Shown piece after piece: positions 1 to 13,170 of a DNA stretch of 64,000 nt (the first letter of the stretch is position 1; the number at the start of each line of letters is the position of its first letter). A program made the translations under genes and the position numbers. The DNA is from Leucoraja ocellata (lineage: Eukaryota). The notes below the pieces were generated by a model. The model saw nothing but the letters and a program-made list of their open reading frames with translations, made no database searches and was not told where the DNA came from. The DNA is taken from the NCBI GenBank assembly GCA_036785375.1, contig JAWMAR010001626.1:62001-126000 (forward strand), given 5' to 3'.

Positions 1-305
1 TTCCACTGGCCCAAGAGCTCTATCTAACTCTCTTAAATCCATCCAGTGACTTGGCCTCCACTTCCCTCTGTGGCAGGGAATTCCACAAATTCACAACTCT
101 CTGGGTGAAAAAGTTTTTTCTCATCTCTGTCTTAAATGGCTTCCCTTTATTCTAAGACTATGGCCCCTGGTTCTGGACTCACCCAGCATTGGGAACATTT
201 TTCATACATCTACCTTGTCCCAGTTCCTTTTATAATTTTATATGTTTCTATAAGATATCCCCTCATTCTTCTAAACTCCAGTGAATACAAGCATAGTCTT
301 TTTCA
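1..305 (-). mobile_element. CR1/HER1-type LINE fragment inserted in an Ig exon (paralog of 36275-36705)
   Basis: Reverse complement of the CR1 ORF2 C-terminus (RVVNLWNSLP-type sequence); abuts Ig exon sequence at ~306. Confidence 0.85.
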
Positions 306-422
306 GTTCCCTCAGCTGACAGGGAAGGATGCTGGGGTCTATCAGTGTGTGTGGGGTCTATCAGTGTGTGGCGGAGAATGACCATGGGACAGCAGAGAGG
401 GATGTGACCCTCACTGTAGAAT
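306..422 (+). pseudogene. 3' half of a disrupted C2-set Ig pseudo-exon of the left Siglec paralog
   Basis: FPQLTGKDAGVYQCV...AENDHGTAERDVTLTVE then GTGAGT donor at 423; 19-bp tandem duplication (333-351/352-370) frameshifts it; CR1 inserted upstream. Confidence 0.9.
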
Positions 423-899
423 GTGAGTAGACACACACTGTCATGTCTATGTAAAGGCAGATGGTTTATTGGCCCATGAGAGATGCTGGAATTCACTAAC
501 ACACACACTAGAACCTATGTCCTTTGGTCCTCGATTCACCTACTCTGGGCAAGAGACTTGGTGCGTCTACCCGATCTATTTCCTCTCATGATTTTAAACA
601 CCTCTATAAGATCACCCCTCATCCTCCTGCACTCCAAGGAAGAGAGTTCTAGCCTGCTCAACCTTTCCCTATAGCTCAGGCCCTCTAGTCCTGGCCACAT
701 CCTCATGAATCTTCGCTGCACCCTTTCCTGCTTGACAACATACTCCTATATTTCTCTCGCCTCTTCTAAGATGAGGAAGATTAGATAAAATTATTTGAAG
801 CATTGTGTGCAGGTTCTGGTCACCCCATTACAGGAAGGATGTGGTCCAGGGTGCACAACGCTGCCTAGTTTTAGAGAGTATTACCAATAAGGAATTTTA

Positions 900-1215
900 A
901 GGGGGGCACACAGTGGTTCAACGGTAGAGTTGCTGCCTCACAGCACCAGAGAGCCAGGTTTGAATCCTCACCTACGGGTGCTTGTCGGTACGGAGTTGGC
1001 AAGTTCATCCCATAACCTACGTGGGTTTTCTTCAGGTGCTCCCGGTTTCCTCCCACACTCCAAAGATATACAGGTGTGCAGGTTAATTGGCTGGGTATAT
1101 TTGGTAAATTGTCCCTAGTGTGTTGCAGGATAGTATATGTGTGGGGATCGCTGGCCGGCGTGGACATGGTGGGCCGAAGGGCCTGTTTCGCGCTGTATCT
1201 CTAAACTAAACTAAA
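900..1215 (+). mobile_element. tRNA-derived SINE (HE1/V-SINE-like)
   Basis: A/B-box-like head, conserved GGTTTCCTCCCAC core, LINE-like tail ending (CTAAA)n; inverted paralog at ~32255-32560. Confidence 0.85.
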
Positions 1216-1519
1216 GAAGAGGTTGGATAGACTTTCTCTGGGAGTTCATGTTCACAAGTGATGGGAGCACAATAAGTCCATTCGGCCCATCAAGTCTACA
1301 CTGCATTCGATCATGGGCTGATCTATTTCTCCCTCCCTGCCCCATTCCCCTGTCTTCACCCCAAAACCTCTGACATCCGTACTAATCAATAATCTATCTC
1401 TCTCTGCCTTAAATATAACCACTGACTTGGCCTCCACTGCTGTCTGTGGCTAAGAATTCCACAGATTCACCACCCAGTTGAAAGGCTGAGGGGAGACCTG
1501 ATAGAAAATATAAAACTAT

Positions 1520-2415
1520 TAGACCAAGTGCAGACCCGTTGGGTCTGTTCCCCCAACGTGCGGTTGTGGTGGGGGGGGGGGGGGGGGGGAGAGGGGGGGT
1601 TTAGGGGAGGGACGGTGGGGAGAGGGGATGGAGGTGAGAAAAAGAGAGGAGAGAGAGAGGAGGGGGGAGAGGAGAGGGGGGAGAGGAGAGGGGGGTAGAG
1701 GAGAGGGGGGGGCAGAGGAGCGGGGGAGGAGGGGGAGAGAGAGAGAGAGAGAGGAGGGGGGGGAGAGAGAGGGGGGGGAGAGGGAGGGAGAGGAGGGGAG
1801 GAGAGAGGGAGAGAGGAGAGGGGAGAGGGGAGAGGGGAGAGAGGAGGAGGGGAAGGGGAGAGGGGGAGAGAGGAGAGGGGGGAGAGGAGAGGGGGAGAGG
1901 AGAGGGAGAGAGGAGAGAGGGGGGAGAGAGAGGAGGGGGGAGGGGGGGGGGGGGAGGAGAGAGGGGGGGGGGGGGAGGAGAGAGGGAGAGAGGGGTGGGG
2001 GGGTTTAGAGAGAGAGAACCCAAACCCCCAAACAACCATTTTGCAGGCAGTGTTTTTTTTCTTCAAACTAACCATAACCATATTTTCATTTTCAAACCAA
2101 ATTAAGGGTACTTACTCACAGCTGTGTAGACATTTGTTCAGTCATTCAGAGCTCTGACCTCCATCTTGTAGAGACTGATTGAGGCACACCACTTCCTGGT
2201 TTTTATAGTCCCTCCCCCTCCCACCAGCAGGAGCAGCAGAAAGAATGGGGAATTTTGTAAAAACATTAATATCTCTGTCATATTTCATCGACGGGAAAAA
2301 TCCTCGGCACACATGCGGCGGAGGGGGGCTCTGAGTGAGGTGGCCATAAATTCTCTCGGAAATCGCAGCACAGATGGCCAAAACCGGTCAAGAACAGAGT
2401 TTTAGTAATATAGAT
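1520..2415. mobile_element. Non-autonomous Helitron/Helentron-like insertion with central G/A-rich satellite
   Basis: Absent from the right arm (empty site AAAACTAT|GAGTTGC near 31950); no TSD; 5' hairpin CAGACCCgttGGGTCTG; ends TAGTAATATAGAT. Superfamily assignment is inference. Confidence 0.55.
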
Positions 2416-2544
2416 GAGTTGCATTGATAAGGTAGACAGTCAGAATCTTTTTCACATGGTGCAAATGTCAAGGTTGAGAAAGCAGAGCTTTAAGGTGAGC
2501 GGGGAAAATTGTAAAGGAGATGTGCGGGGCAACTTTTACAATAC

Positions 2545-3165
2545 GATACGACACGATAGAACTTTCTTTATTCCTGGAGAGAACTAAAAACACAAAATAC
2601 ACAAACACAAAAAACTTGAAATATGAAATTAAAGTGACGAGTGGAGCCTTGGGGGCTGTGCAAAGATTACGTGGGAGGGGGGTGGTGGGGAGGCAAGTCA
2701 GTCTCAGTCTACACTATGACAGAAGGGGGAGGAGTTGTATAGTTTGATAGCCACAGGGAAGAAGGATCTCCTGTAGCGTTCTGTGCTGCATCTTGGTGGA
2801 ACCAGTCTGTTGCTGAATGTGCTCCTCAGGTTGAACAATGTGTCACGGAGGGGGTGAGCTGTATTGTCCAGGATGCTCCACAGTTTGAGGAGCATCCTCC
2901 CCTCCAAGACCAAACTCCTGTGAATCCAACTCCGCCCCCAGGATGGAGCCGGCCTTCCTGATGAGCTTGTTAATCCCATTGGCATCCGCAGCCTTCGCCC
3001 TGTTGCCCCGGCACACGGCAGCGAAGAAGATGGCACTGGCCACCACCGATTAGTAGAACATCTGCAGCTTCTTGCTGCAGATGTTGTAGCAGCGGAGCCT
3101 TCTCAGAAAGCTCTGTCCCTTCTTGTACAGGGCCTCAGGGTTCTTGGATCAGTCCCGTTTACTGA
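2545..3165 (-). mobile_element. Rex1/Babar-like LINE 3' fragment (paralog 30310-30930, +)
   Basis: ORF ...NKLIRKAGSILG...TERYRRSFFPVAIKLYN; short tandem-repeat tail. Confidence 0.7.
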
Positions 3166-4059
3166 AGATAGACACAAAATGCTGGAGCAGACAATGCTGG
3201 AGAAACTCAACGGGTGAGGCAGCATCTATGGAGCGAATGAAATGGGCAACCTTTCGGGTCGAGGCCCTTCAGACTGATGTGTGAAAAAGTTACCCCTCAG
3301 ATTCCTATTAAATCTTATCCCCTTCACGTTGAACCTATGTCCTCCGGTGTTCGATTCCCCTACTCTGGGCAAGAGACTCTGCGCATCTACCGGATCTAAT
3401 CCTCTCATTATTTTATATACAATATGTCTGCGTTACAGTTTAGTTTAATGTCATGTTTACCGAGCCACAGTGAAAAGCTTTTGTTGTGTGCTAACCAGTC
3501 GGTGTACAGACCATACATGATTACAATCAAGCTGTTTACAGTGTTTAGATACACGATAAGGGAATAATATTTAGTGCAAGGTAAAGGCAGCAAAGTTCGA
3601 TCAAGGATAGACCGAGGGTCAACAATGAGGTAGATAGTAGTTCAGCACTGCTCTCTGGTTGTGGTGGGATGGTTCAAGGTGTATCTGTGGTGCGTTTAGT
3701 TCAGTTTAGCTTATTGTCACGTGTACCGAGGTACAGTGAAAAGCTTTAGTTGTGTGCTAACCGCAAGAAATTGCATAAAGTTGTGGACATAGCCCAGACC
3801 ATCGCACAATCCAACCTCCCTACCATCGACTCCATCTACACCTCACGCTGCCTCGACAAGGCCAGCAGCATTATCAAGGGCCAGTCTCACCCCGGCCACT
3901 CCCTCTTCTCGGAAATCACTTTTAACACATAGGGGGGGGGATACAATTTCCTGGAGGCCTGATGACAAGACAATGTCTACGACAAGCTACACCTAGTCGA
4001 CGATTAATATGGTTTAATCTACAATTTGAGTGGGAGAAGGGAAAATCAGAAATGTCAGC

Positions 4060-4465
4060 AGCATTTAGAAGGATGAGAGGCAATCTTATTGAAACATGTA
4101 AGATTGTGAAGGGATTGGACACTAGGGGCAGGAAACATGTTCCCGATGTTGGGGGACTCCAGAACCAGGGGCCACAGTTTAAGAATAAGGGGTCGGCCAT
4201 TTAAAACGGAGATGAGGAGAAACGCTTTTACCCAGAGAATTGTGAATCTGTGGAATTCTCTGCCGCAGAAAGCAGTGGAGGCCAATTCAATGGATGCTTT
4301 CAAGATACAGTTAGATAGCGCTCTGAAAGATAGCAGAGTCAAGGGATATGGTGAGAAGACAGGAACGGGGTACTGAATGTGGATGATCAGCCATGATCAC
4401 ATTGAATGGCGGTGCTGGCTCGAAGGGCCAAATGGCCTACTCCTGCACCTATTGTCTATTGTCTT
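4060..4465 (+). mobile_element. CR1/HER1 LINE 3' fragment
   Basis: ORF SRTRGHSLRIRGRPFKTEMRRNAFTQRIVNLWNSLPQ plus conserved 3' UTR. Confidence 0.85.
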
Positions 4466-5493
4466 GAATCTTCTCTGCACTCTTTCCAGCTTCCTTCCTA
4501 GAGCAGTGTGACTAAAGCTGGACGCAATATCTCAAATGCGGTCTCACCAACGTCTTGCACAACAACTAGACTCTAACATCTGCGGCAGGCAAGATATCAT
4601 TGAGTCATAGTGACATCGCATGAAAACAGGCCCATATCCGTGTGAACATCCTCTCATAGTGTTATACTGATACATTGTGGAAACAGGTCCTTTGGCCCAA
4701 CTTGTCCACACCAGCCAACATGCCCCAGTGACACTAGTCCCACCTGCCTGTGCTTGGTTCATATCCCTGCAACCCAGTCCTATCCATGCACCTGTATAAC
4801 TGTTTTGTAAATGTTGGGATAGTCTCTGCCTCAACGGCCTCCTCTGGCAGCACAATCCATACACCCACCACCCACTGTGTGGAAAAGTTACCCCTTAGAT
4901 TCCTATTAAATCTTTTCCCCCTCACCTTAAACCTATGCATTCTGATGTTCGATTCCGCTACTCTGGGCAAGAGACGTGTGAATCTACCCGATCTAATCCA
5001 CTCATGATTTATACACTACTATAAGACTACGTTACAGTTTAGTTTATTGTCATGTTTACCGAGCTACAGTGAAAAGCTTTTATTGTGTGCTAACCAGTCA
5101 GTGTACAGACCACACATGATTACAATCAGGCTGTTTACAGTATTTAGATACATGATAAGGGAACTGGTGTGAAAACGCACATCTCCAGATCCAGGGACAG
5201 TTTCTTCCCAGCTGTTATCAGGCCATTCTACCACAATTAGGGAGCAGTCCTGAACTACTATCTACCTCATTGGTGACCCTCGGACTATGTTTGATCGGAC
5301 TTTGCTGGCTTTACCTTGCACTAAACCTTATTCCCTTTGTTCTGTATCTGTACACTGTGGACAGCTCGATTGTAATCATGTATTGCCTTTCCGCTGACTG
5401 GATAGCACGACACAAAAGCATTTCACTGTACCTTGTTACACGTGACAATAAATTAAACTGTAAAAACTGAAAACACACCTCTTGTTTTTACAG

Positions 5494-5590
5494 ATAATGG
5501 CTTCAGTATTTGGAAGGCAGTTTTGCTTACAGCAGGGATAATACTGATGGCTGTGCTAGCTGGATTCATCATCTACAAGTATATACTGCG
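5494..5590 (+). CDS. Transmembrane exon of the left Siglec-like gene
   Basis: Acceptor cttgtttttacag, donor gtaagt; phase 1 to 2; (Y)NGFSIWKAVLLTAGIILMAVLAGFIIYKYIL(R) gives a ~20-aa hydrophobic helix followed by basic residues. Confidence 0.88.
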
Positions 5591-6514
5591 GTAAGTTTCA
5601 ATAAATCCACATTTTTACTTCCAAATCCATCTCTTTGTCATCTGCTTATGACTGCTTCTGCCAGGCTAACTCCTGTTCACAGACACAAAGTGCTGGAGTA
5701 ACTCAGCGGGTCAGGCAGCATCTCTGGAGAACATGGACAGGTACAAAGTGCTGGAGTAACTCAGCAGGTCAGGCAGCAACTCTGGGGATTCAGGAATAGG
5801 TGACATTTCGGGTCGGGACCTTCTTCAGACTGAAAGGTTGAGAAAGTTAGAACAAATCAGAGCCAGCAACAGATGGCCTTTAGACTGTTGTGAGCCATTT
5901 TGGGCCCCATATCTGAGGGAGAATGTGCTGGCTCGGGAGAGGGTCCAAAGGAGGTTTACGAGAATGATTAACATATGATGAGTGTTTGACACTTACTGGG
6001 CCTGTACTAGCTGGAGTTTAGAAGGATGAGGGGAAGACCTCATTGATATTTAATGAATAGTGAATGGCCTGGATAGAGTGGATGTGGAGAGGATGTTTCC
6101 ACTAGTGGGAGAGTGAGTTTAGGACCAGAGGCCACAGCCTTAGAATTAAAGGACTACCTTTAGGAAGAAGAGTAGGAGTTTCTTCAGTCAGAGGGTGGTG
6201 AATCTGTGTAATTCTTTGCCACAGAAGGCTGTGGAGGCCAAGCCAATCAATATGTTTAAGGCAGAGATAAATAGGTTATTGATCAGTATGGGTGTCAGGG
6301 GTTATGGGGAAAAAGGCAGGAGAATGGGATTAGGAGGAAGAGTTAGATCAGTCATGATTGAATGGCACAGTAGACTTGATGGGCCGAATGACTTCATTCT
6401 GCTCCTATCATTAATAACCTCATCACTTTATGACTAACGTCTAATACAACTGCAACTTTATACTTGGACTTTGCTGATGTGCTGTAAACTTGGTGTGATC
6501 TTCTGTAGCTGCAG

Positions 6515-6581
6515 GAGGGAAGATGCTTCAGGAAACCAAGACACCAATGTGATCTACTGCCCACACTCTGCCACCAATCAG
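6515..6581 (+). CDS. Juxtamembrane cytoplasmic exon of the left Siglec-like gene
   Basis: Acceptor ctgcag, donor gtagtg; 67 nt, phase 2 to 0, compatible with both flanking exons; REDASGNQDTNVIYCPHSATNQ; conserved in the paralog at 29028-29094. Confidence 0.8.
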
Positions 6582-7124
6582 GTAGTGGAACTTTGTATTT
6601 AATCTCAATTTAAGATGAAACAAATGTGGGTACAAAAAGCTGGAGTAACTCAGTGGAACAGGCAGAATCTCTGGAGAGAAGGAACAGGTGATGTTTCGGT
6701 CGAGACTCGAGGGGCCTGAGCTACAGGGAGAGGTTGAGGAGGCTGGGACTCTATTCCTTGGAGTGCAGGGGGATGAGGGGTGATCTTATAGATGTGTATA
6801 AAATCATGAGAGGAATAGATCGGGTAGATGCACAGAGTCTCTTGCCCAGAGTAGGGGAATCGAGGACCAGAGGACATCGGTTCAAGGTGAAGGGGGAAAA
6901 AATTTAAGGGGTTACTTTTTCACACAAAGGGTGGTGCGTGTATGGAACGAGCTGCTGGAGGAAGTAGTTCAGGCTGGGACTATCCCAACGTTTAAGAAAC
7001 AGTTAGAAAGGTACATGGACCAAGCGCAGGCAGGTGGGACTAGTGTAGCTGGACATGTTGGCCGGTGTGGGCAAGTTGGGCAGAAGGGCCTGTTTCCACA
7101 ATGGATGACTCTATATAGACGACG

Positions 7125-7470
7125 ATGTAGAGAGAGATAAAGAACAATGAATGAAAGATAGATGTAAACAAAGTAACGATGATAAAGGAAACAGGCAACT
7201 GTTAGTGGTTTGTTGGGTGAAAATGAGAAGCTGGTGCGACTTGGGTGGGGGAGGGATGGAGAGAGAGGGAACACAGGGCTACCTCAAGTGAGGGAAATCA
7301 ATGTTCATATCACTGGGCTGTAAGCTGCCCAAACGGAATATGTGATGCTGGTCCTCCAATTTGTGTTTAGCCTCACTCTGTCAATGGAGGCGACCGAGGA
7401 CAGAAAAGTCAGTGTGGGAAGGGGAATTAAAGTATTTAGCAACCGGGGGTATGAATATTGATTTATCTAA
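7125..7470 (-). mobile_element. Penelope-like element fragment (GIY-YIG C-terminus); paralog ~28120-28470
   Basis: Encodes KLEDQHHIFRLGSLQPSDMNIDF, similar to the PLE endonuclease end. Confidence 0.65.
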
Positions 7471-7873
7471 CTATGTGAGAGTGTGTGAGTGTGAGAGTGG
7501 GTGTGAGAGAGAGAGAAAGTTTGAGAGAGGGGGAGACGGGGCGAGAGAGGGAGAGAGAGAGAGTGGTTGAAAGTGCGAGTGTGAGAGACACAGTGCCTGA
7601 GTGTGAGCGAGTGAGAGAAAGAGGAGAGGGAGAAAGGGGGAGAGAGAAAGTGTGAAACTGCAAGGGAGAGGGAGAGGGAGAGGGAGAGAAAGTGAGAGAG
7701 GGGGAGAGAGAAGGAGAGCGAGAGTGTGTGAGAGGAGAACATCAACAACATGGCTGAACCTGGGTCTGTGGGAGTACAGGAGTTGTGAACCTTCTCGCTG
7801 ATGGTATTAAATGCCGGGCCACACTGCTCTGTACTAAACCCACAACTGCCCGTCTGCTTCCCTTTACTTCCAG

Positions 7874-8065
7874 AGCACGGGGAGTGGAGAGAACGGGCCG
7901 GCCCCAGTGGAGCGGAAAGAAGGAGGGGAATCAGGAGAGGGGGAAGAGCAAGCGGTCGTGTACGCCGACATGCAGGAGGTGCTGAGCAGCGGAGACACCG
8001 GGCACAGTGGCGAGGGGGTGGAATATGCGGAGCTCTGGTTCCAGTCCAAGCAGGGGAAGGGGTAG
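7874..8065 (+). CDS. Terminal cytoplasmic exon of the left Siglec-like gene with ITIM/ITIM-like motifs
   Basis: Acceptor cctttacttccag, phase 0; STGSGENGPAPVERKEGGESGEGEEQAVVYADMQEVLSSGDTGHSGEGVEYAELWFQSKQGKG*; VEYAEL fits the V/I/L/S-x-Y-x-x-L/V ITIM consensus. Confidence 0.88.
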   Translation, partial: STGSGENGPAPVERKEGGESGEGEEQAVVYADMQEVLSSGDTGHSGEGVEYAELWFQSKQGKG

Positions 8066-8321
8066 GTGGGAGGATGGAGGGAGGGGTGGTGAGGAGGGAG
8101 AGGCGATCGGGAGAGAGCGCTGCACCAGCCTTAACTACCTTGGGTTTCATAGATTAATTAACCCTCTGTAGATGAAATAGTGGGATAACATAGAACTAGT
8201 GTGTGAACGGATGACCGATGGTCGGTGCGGACTCGGTGGGCTGAAGGGCCTGTTTCCCCGCTGTATCTCTTTAAAAAAGCCTTTGTTCTTTAGAACCCAG
8301 ACTGTTCCGCGGGTAACTATT

Positions 8322-10953
8322 GATTTTTTTGATTTTTTTAAAAGAATAGAATAAGAAAACGAAGTTAGATAGTAAAGGATAGAAAGATGTGAAATATATA
8401 GCGTGTGAAGAAAGAAAACGAGTAAATGAAGAAAGTTGAGAGAGAAAATAGAGAAAAGAAAAGAAAATAAAAAAAGAAAAGGAGATCATTATTTATAATC
8501 TTGACCAACCCTCGTCCAGTCCTGAAACAGTTATTTTTTACAATTGTGTTGCACCATATGATTCCAAAAAAACGACGAATGGAGACCAACTCGTTATGAA
8601 TTGGTCTGATTTATCCATTAGGAGGAATCGCATTTCCTCAAGATGAGCGGTGTGCAACATACTTGCAATCCACATTTTAAGCGTTGGTATTGATGTACCC
8701 TTCCAAAATTTAAGTATTAATTTTTTTGCTATTATTAAACCATAGTTAAGGAATAGATTTTGAGATGTGTTCAATTTATTCCCATCTTCCATTACACCAA
8801 ATATAATCATTTCAGTATTAGGTTCCATTCTTGTCTTGAATAATTTTGTAAATATTTCAAAAATATCATTCCAAAATCTATAAAGTTTTATGCAGGAAAC
8901 TAAGGAGTGTGTTTTATAGTTGCCTTTTGGGCTAGACATTTATCACAAGTGGCGGATATATTTGGATAAAATTTGTTCAATCTTGTTTTTGAATAATATA
9001 ATCTATGTACAATTTTAAATTGTATTACATTATGTCTTACATTAATTGAACATTTGTGAATATATATCAGGTATTTTTCCCATTTAACCTTAGTAATTTT
9101 TATCATTAGTTCCCGTTCCCACTCTTCTCTAAGTACCTCTGTCGATGGTAGGTCTATATTTAGAATACTATTATATAAATATGATATTAATTTTTGTGAG
9201 TCAGCTTCAATATTCATTGCTTCTTCCAATGTCAGGAGTTACTTTTTGATATCCTTGTACAGGTACAGGTATATATTTTTTCACAAAGTCGCAAATCTGA
9301 AGATATTTAAAATATTGGTTGTTTTTCAATTTAAATTTTAATTGTAGTTGTTAGAATGATAGTAGGTTTCCCATTTCGTACATATCCCCGATCCTTCTAA
9401 TTCCGAGACTTTCCGATTGGTTATATGTTTTATCAATAAGAGATGGTTTAAATAAAGGGTTATTCGCAATTGGCATTAACAGTGATAGATTTCTTAATTT
9501 TAAAGATAATTTTATTTGTTTCGAAATTCTTATTGTACCATATATAATTGGGTTCTTCTTATATATTGTGTTATTCCGGTTTTTTGGGGAAAAGAGGATC
9601 GTTCCTATATTACAAGGATGGCAATCCTCCTTCTCCATTTTTATCCATTCTTTCTGTTGGGTAGAACTATCCAACCAATAAATCATATTCTTAATATGCA
9701 CTGCCCAGTAATAATACATAAAATTCGGAAGTGAATTTCGAAAGTGAAAGTCCCCCGACCTCTTTTGGTTTACATAAGTGTTTTTTTGTGATTCTATGTG
9801 ATCTATAGTCCCAAATATAATTTGTAATGTTAGAGACTAATTTTTTTTAAAAATATTTTGGTATATATACCGGTATAGACTGAAATACGTATAGTAATTG
9901 TGGTAGGAAGATCATTTTTATTGCATTTATTCTACCTAATAATGATAAGGGAAGTGCTTTACAAAATTTAATCAGCGTATTAAGTTTATTTAATAAAGGT
10001 ATGAAATTAGCGTTGAATAATGCTTTATATTTTCTAGTAATCTGAATACCCAAATATTTAAATTTTTCTGTTGCGATTTTAGAGGGGAACTTCAATAAGT
10101 GTGTAGGTTCTTGAGGTTTTAATGTCATGATTTCACTTTTGTTCCAGTTTATTCTATATCCAGAAAAAGATCCAAATTCCTCTATTAAGTTTAATAAATT
10201 TGGTATGCTTGTTTGTGACTTTGTAATGTATAAACGTATATCGTCTGCATATAATGAGATTTTATTCTTTGCGTCCCTGGTATTATAGCCCTGAATATTC
10301 GGATGAATTCTTATACTTTCAGCCAGGGGTTCTATCATAAGGGCAAATAGCAGGGGTGATAGTGCACATCCCTGCCTATTACCCCTTGATAGTTTACATT
10401 TTTGAGATAACATGTTATTAGTTAAAATTCTTGCCATCGGTTTATCATATAATAATTTTACCCATGTTATAAAATTCCCATATTAAATTTTTGTAGTACT
10501 TTACATAAGTATTGCCACTCTACCTGATCAAATGCTTTCTCTGCATCCAAAGAAATAATTGATATATCTTCTTCCTCTACTTTATGCGAGTACATTATAT
10601 TAAACAGGCGTCTCAGATTATTAAATGAGTATCTTTTAGGTATAAACACCGTTTGATCAGGGTTTATCAATTTACTAATATATTTGCTTAATCTTCTTGC
10701 TAAAATCTTTGCTAAAATTTTCTGATCTGTATTTAAAAGTGATATAGCTCTGTACGAGCCCGGATCTTCTAAATCTTTATCTTTTTTTTGGAATAAGCGT
10801 AATAGTTGATTCTGTTAGTAGTTTGTTTTCTTTAAAAGCATGGGAGTATAAATTAAATAAATAAGGGGTCGTTATCTCCTGAATTTTTTTAATAAAATTC
10901 ATTATTAAAACCATCTGGTCCCGGTGTCTTACCATTTTTCAGCGATTTTATTG
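8322..10953 (-). mobile_element. 5'-truncated L1 LINE (ORF2 RT and C-terminus), left-arm specific
   Basis: RT motifs SLDAEKAFD, RQGCALSPLLF, YADD; A-rich 3' end; 11-bp TSD GGGTAACTATT (8311-8321/10954-10964); empty site near 27270. Confidence 0.92.
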
Positions 10954-11212
10954 GGGTAACTATTAACATTGACAATAATTGCTTCTATCAAATGATAGTC
11001 TGTTAAACACAGTCTTTACCTGCAGTTACAAAATCCACTCGTAGCTATTAAATATATATTTTGAGAATCCTGTGGGATTGTTGCTAATGCTATTCTGAAG
11101 CTCTTGCTCTTGTAGCACCATGTTCTATAACAAGTTTCATAGCAAGCAGCTCTCTGTGTGGCATTGTTGAGTAATAATAATAATGAAATGCAGACGCTGG
11201 AAATCTGACAAA

Positions 11213-11890
11213 GGGCGGCACGGTGGCGCAGCAGTAGAGTTGCTGCCTCACAGCGCCAGAGACCCGGGTTTGATCCTGACTACAGGTGTTGTCTGTGCGG
11301 AGTTTGTACGTTCACCCCGTGAACTGCGTGGGTTTTCTCCGGGATCTTCGGTTTCCTCCCACACCCCACAGATGGGCTGGTTTGTAGGTTAATTGGCTTG
11401 CTGTAAATGTACATTGTCCCTGCTTACCCACCACACCACCTCCAGGTCCCACAGACCGCCAGACTTGGGGTTACTGAACATCCTGCGGTCTAGGCATAAG
11501 CTCAGGGGCGACCGTGCCTTTGCGGTTGCAGCTCCGTGACTGTGGAACAGCATCCCTCTTCCCATCAGAACTGCCCCCTCCATCGACTCTTTTAAGTCGA
11601 GACTTAAAACTCATCTTTACTCTCAAGCCTTTCTTGTCATCCTCTGAGGGAGGGCTATATGTATGTATTTATGTATGTACTTAATCTATGAACCACTGTT
11701 GTATAACGTTAGTACCTCCACCAATGTAAAGCACTTTGGTCAACGAGAGATGTTTTTTAAATGTGCTATAGAAATAAAATTGACTTGACTTGACTTGACT
11801 GGGTGTGTGTAGTGTGTGGGTATCGCTGGTCGGCGCTGACTCGAAGGTCCTGTTTCCGCGCTGTGTCTCTAAACTACACTAAACTAAAAC
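11213..11890 (+). mobile_element. HE1/V-SINE-like SINE interrupted by an L2 3' fragment (~11425-11800); paralog 26330-27010
   Basis: SINE head and core, then L2-type RGDRAFAVAAP-LWNS with (GACTT)n tail, then the SINE 3' part resumes. Confidence 0.75.
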
Positions 11891-12074
11891 TAATCAGTCA
11901 TGGTCATCTAATAGTGGTGCAGGTGCAAGATTAATCCTGATACGATTTTTATCTCATTACATGTTTTCTGCAGCGGATTTGGATTTGTTGCATTTGTAAA
12001 AAAAGAGATTAAAATGCTGAACCATTACAGTCACATGTCTCAGAATTATGTTTTACACATCTCTTTTATTTGAT

Positions 12075-12590
12075 TTTTGTCTCCTAATTTGAGGAAGGAC
12101 ATTCTTGCTATTGAGAGAGTGCAGCGTAGGTTCACCAGGTTAATTCCCGTGATGGTGGGACTGGCATACGATGAAAGAATGGATCGACTGGGCTTGTATT
12201 CACTGGAATTTAGAAGGATGAGAAGGGACCTTATAGAAACATATAAATCCTTAAGGGATTGGACAGGGATGCAGGGAAAATGTTCCCGATATTGGGGGGA
12301 GTCCAGAACCAGGGGTCACAGTTTAAGAATATGGGGTCGGCCATTTAGGACTGAGATGATGAAAATTGTTTTCACCCAGAGAGTTGTGAATCTGGGAATT
12401 CTCTGCCACAGAAGGCAGTGGAGGACAATTCTCCTGATGTTTTCAAGAGTTAGATTTAGCTCTTTGGGCTAACGGAATGAAGGGATATGGGGAGAAAGCA
12501 GGAACGGGGTACTGATTTTGGATGGTCAGCCATGATCATATTGAGTGGCGGTGCTGGCACGAATGGCCTACTCCTGCACGTATGTTCTGT
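12075..12590 (+). mobile_element. CR1/HER1 LINE 3' fragment (paralog 25615-26140)
   Basis: ORF LRKDILAIERVQRRFTRLIP...LYSLEFRRMR. Confidence 0.85.
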
Positions 12591-13170
12591 GTCCTCGCTG
12601 TGTCTCTAAACTAAACTAAAGCCTTCCGATTACATTCCCGTCTGATTATCTTGTAAAAGTCGCGATTGTGTCCTTTCGAAAGATTCAATTTCTTAAATTT
12701 CAAAATATACTTTATTTGAGAAATAAATATATCCGATAGATGATCCTTACAAGACTCCATCCAACATTCTTGGAGGCCATATATACTTTCAATAATGTTT
12801 ACACAAATTACACAAATTTATCCCCCACCCTTGCCACTCATGTGGCCCACTGGCATGGAATCCCTTCCCTTATTTTTGAGGGGCGTCTCCACCACACCCT
12901 GCCCCCCATGTCCAGCAGCGGAAGGAACCTAGACTGTGGTCCTCCCTCACTGAGAAATGTTTTTATATCAAAAAATGTAATCAATTATTAAAAATAATAT
13001 TTACAATACAATGAAACAAACCAGATCCCACCCCCATAATACAAGACCAACAAATATACTAAATAAACGACTATACAACTATGTTACAATCCTTGTCAAG
13101 GATGCATTCCACCCCCCGCGGTGCCCAACGGTGCGGCAAATCCCCCAGGTTGCCCGTGGACAGTGTGTAG

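Noticed and set aside
900-980. tRNA genes at SINE heads (also 11213, 35775, 57015, 63762)
   Set aside because: A/B-box-like heads continue into the SINE core and LINE-like tail; no complete cloverleaf.
1467-2081. Pro/Ser/Leu-rich and Arg/Glu/Gly-rich ORFs (also 7467-8150, 17590-18339, 40901-41338)
   Set aside because: Translations of G/A or C/T low-complexity tracts that lack stops by composition.
5494-5590. Activating (DAP12-coupled) Siglec because of the Lys in WKAVLL
   Set aside because: The Lys is at the extracellular edge of the helix, not mid-membrane, and the tail carries ITIM-type motifs.
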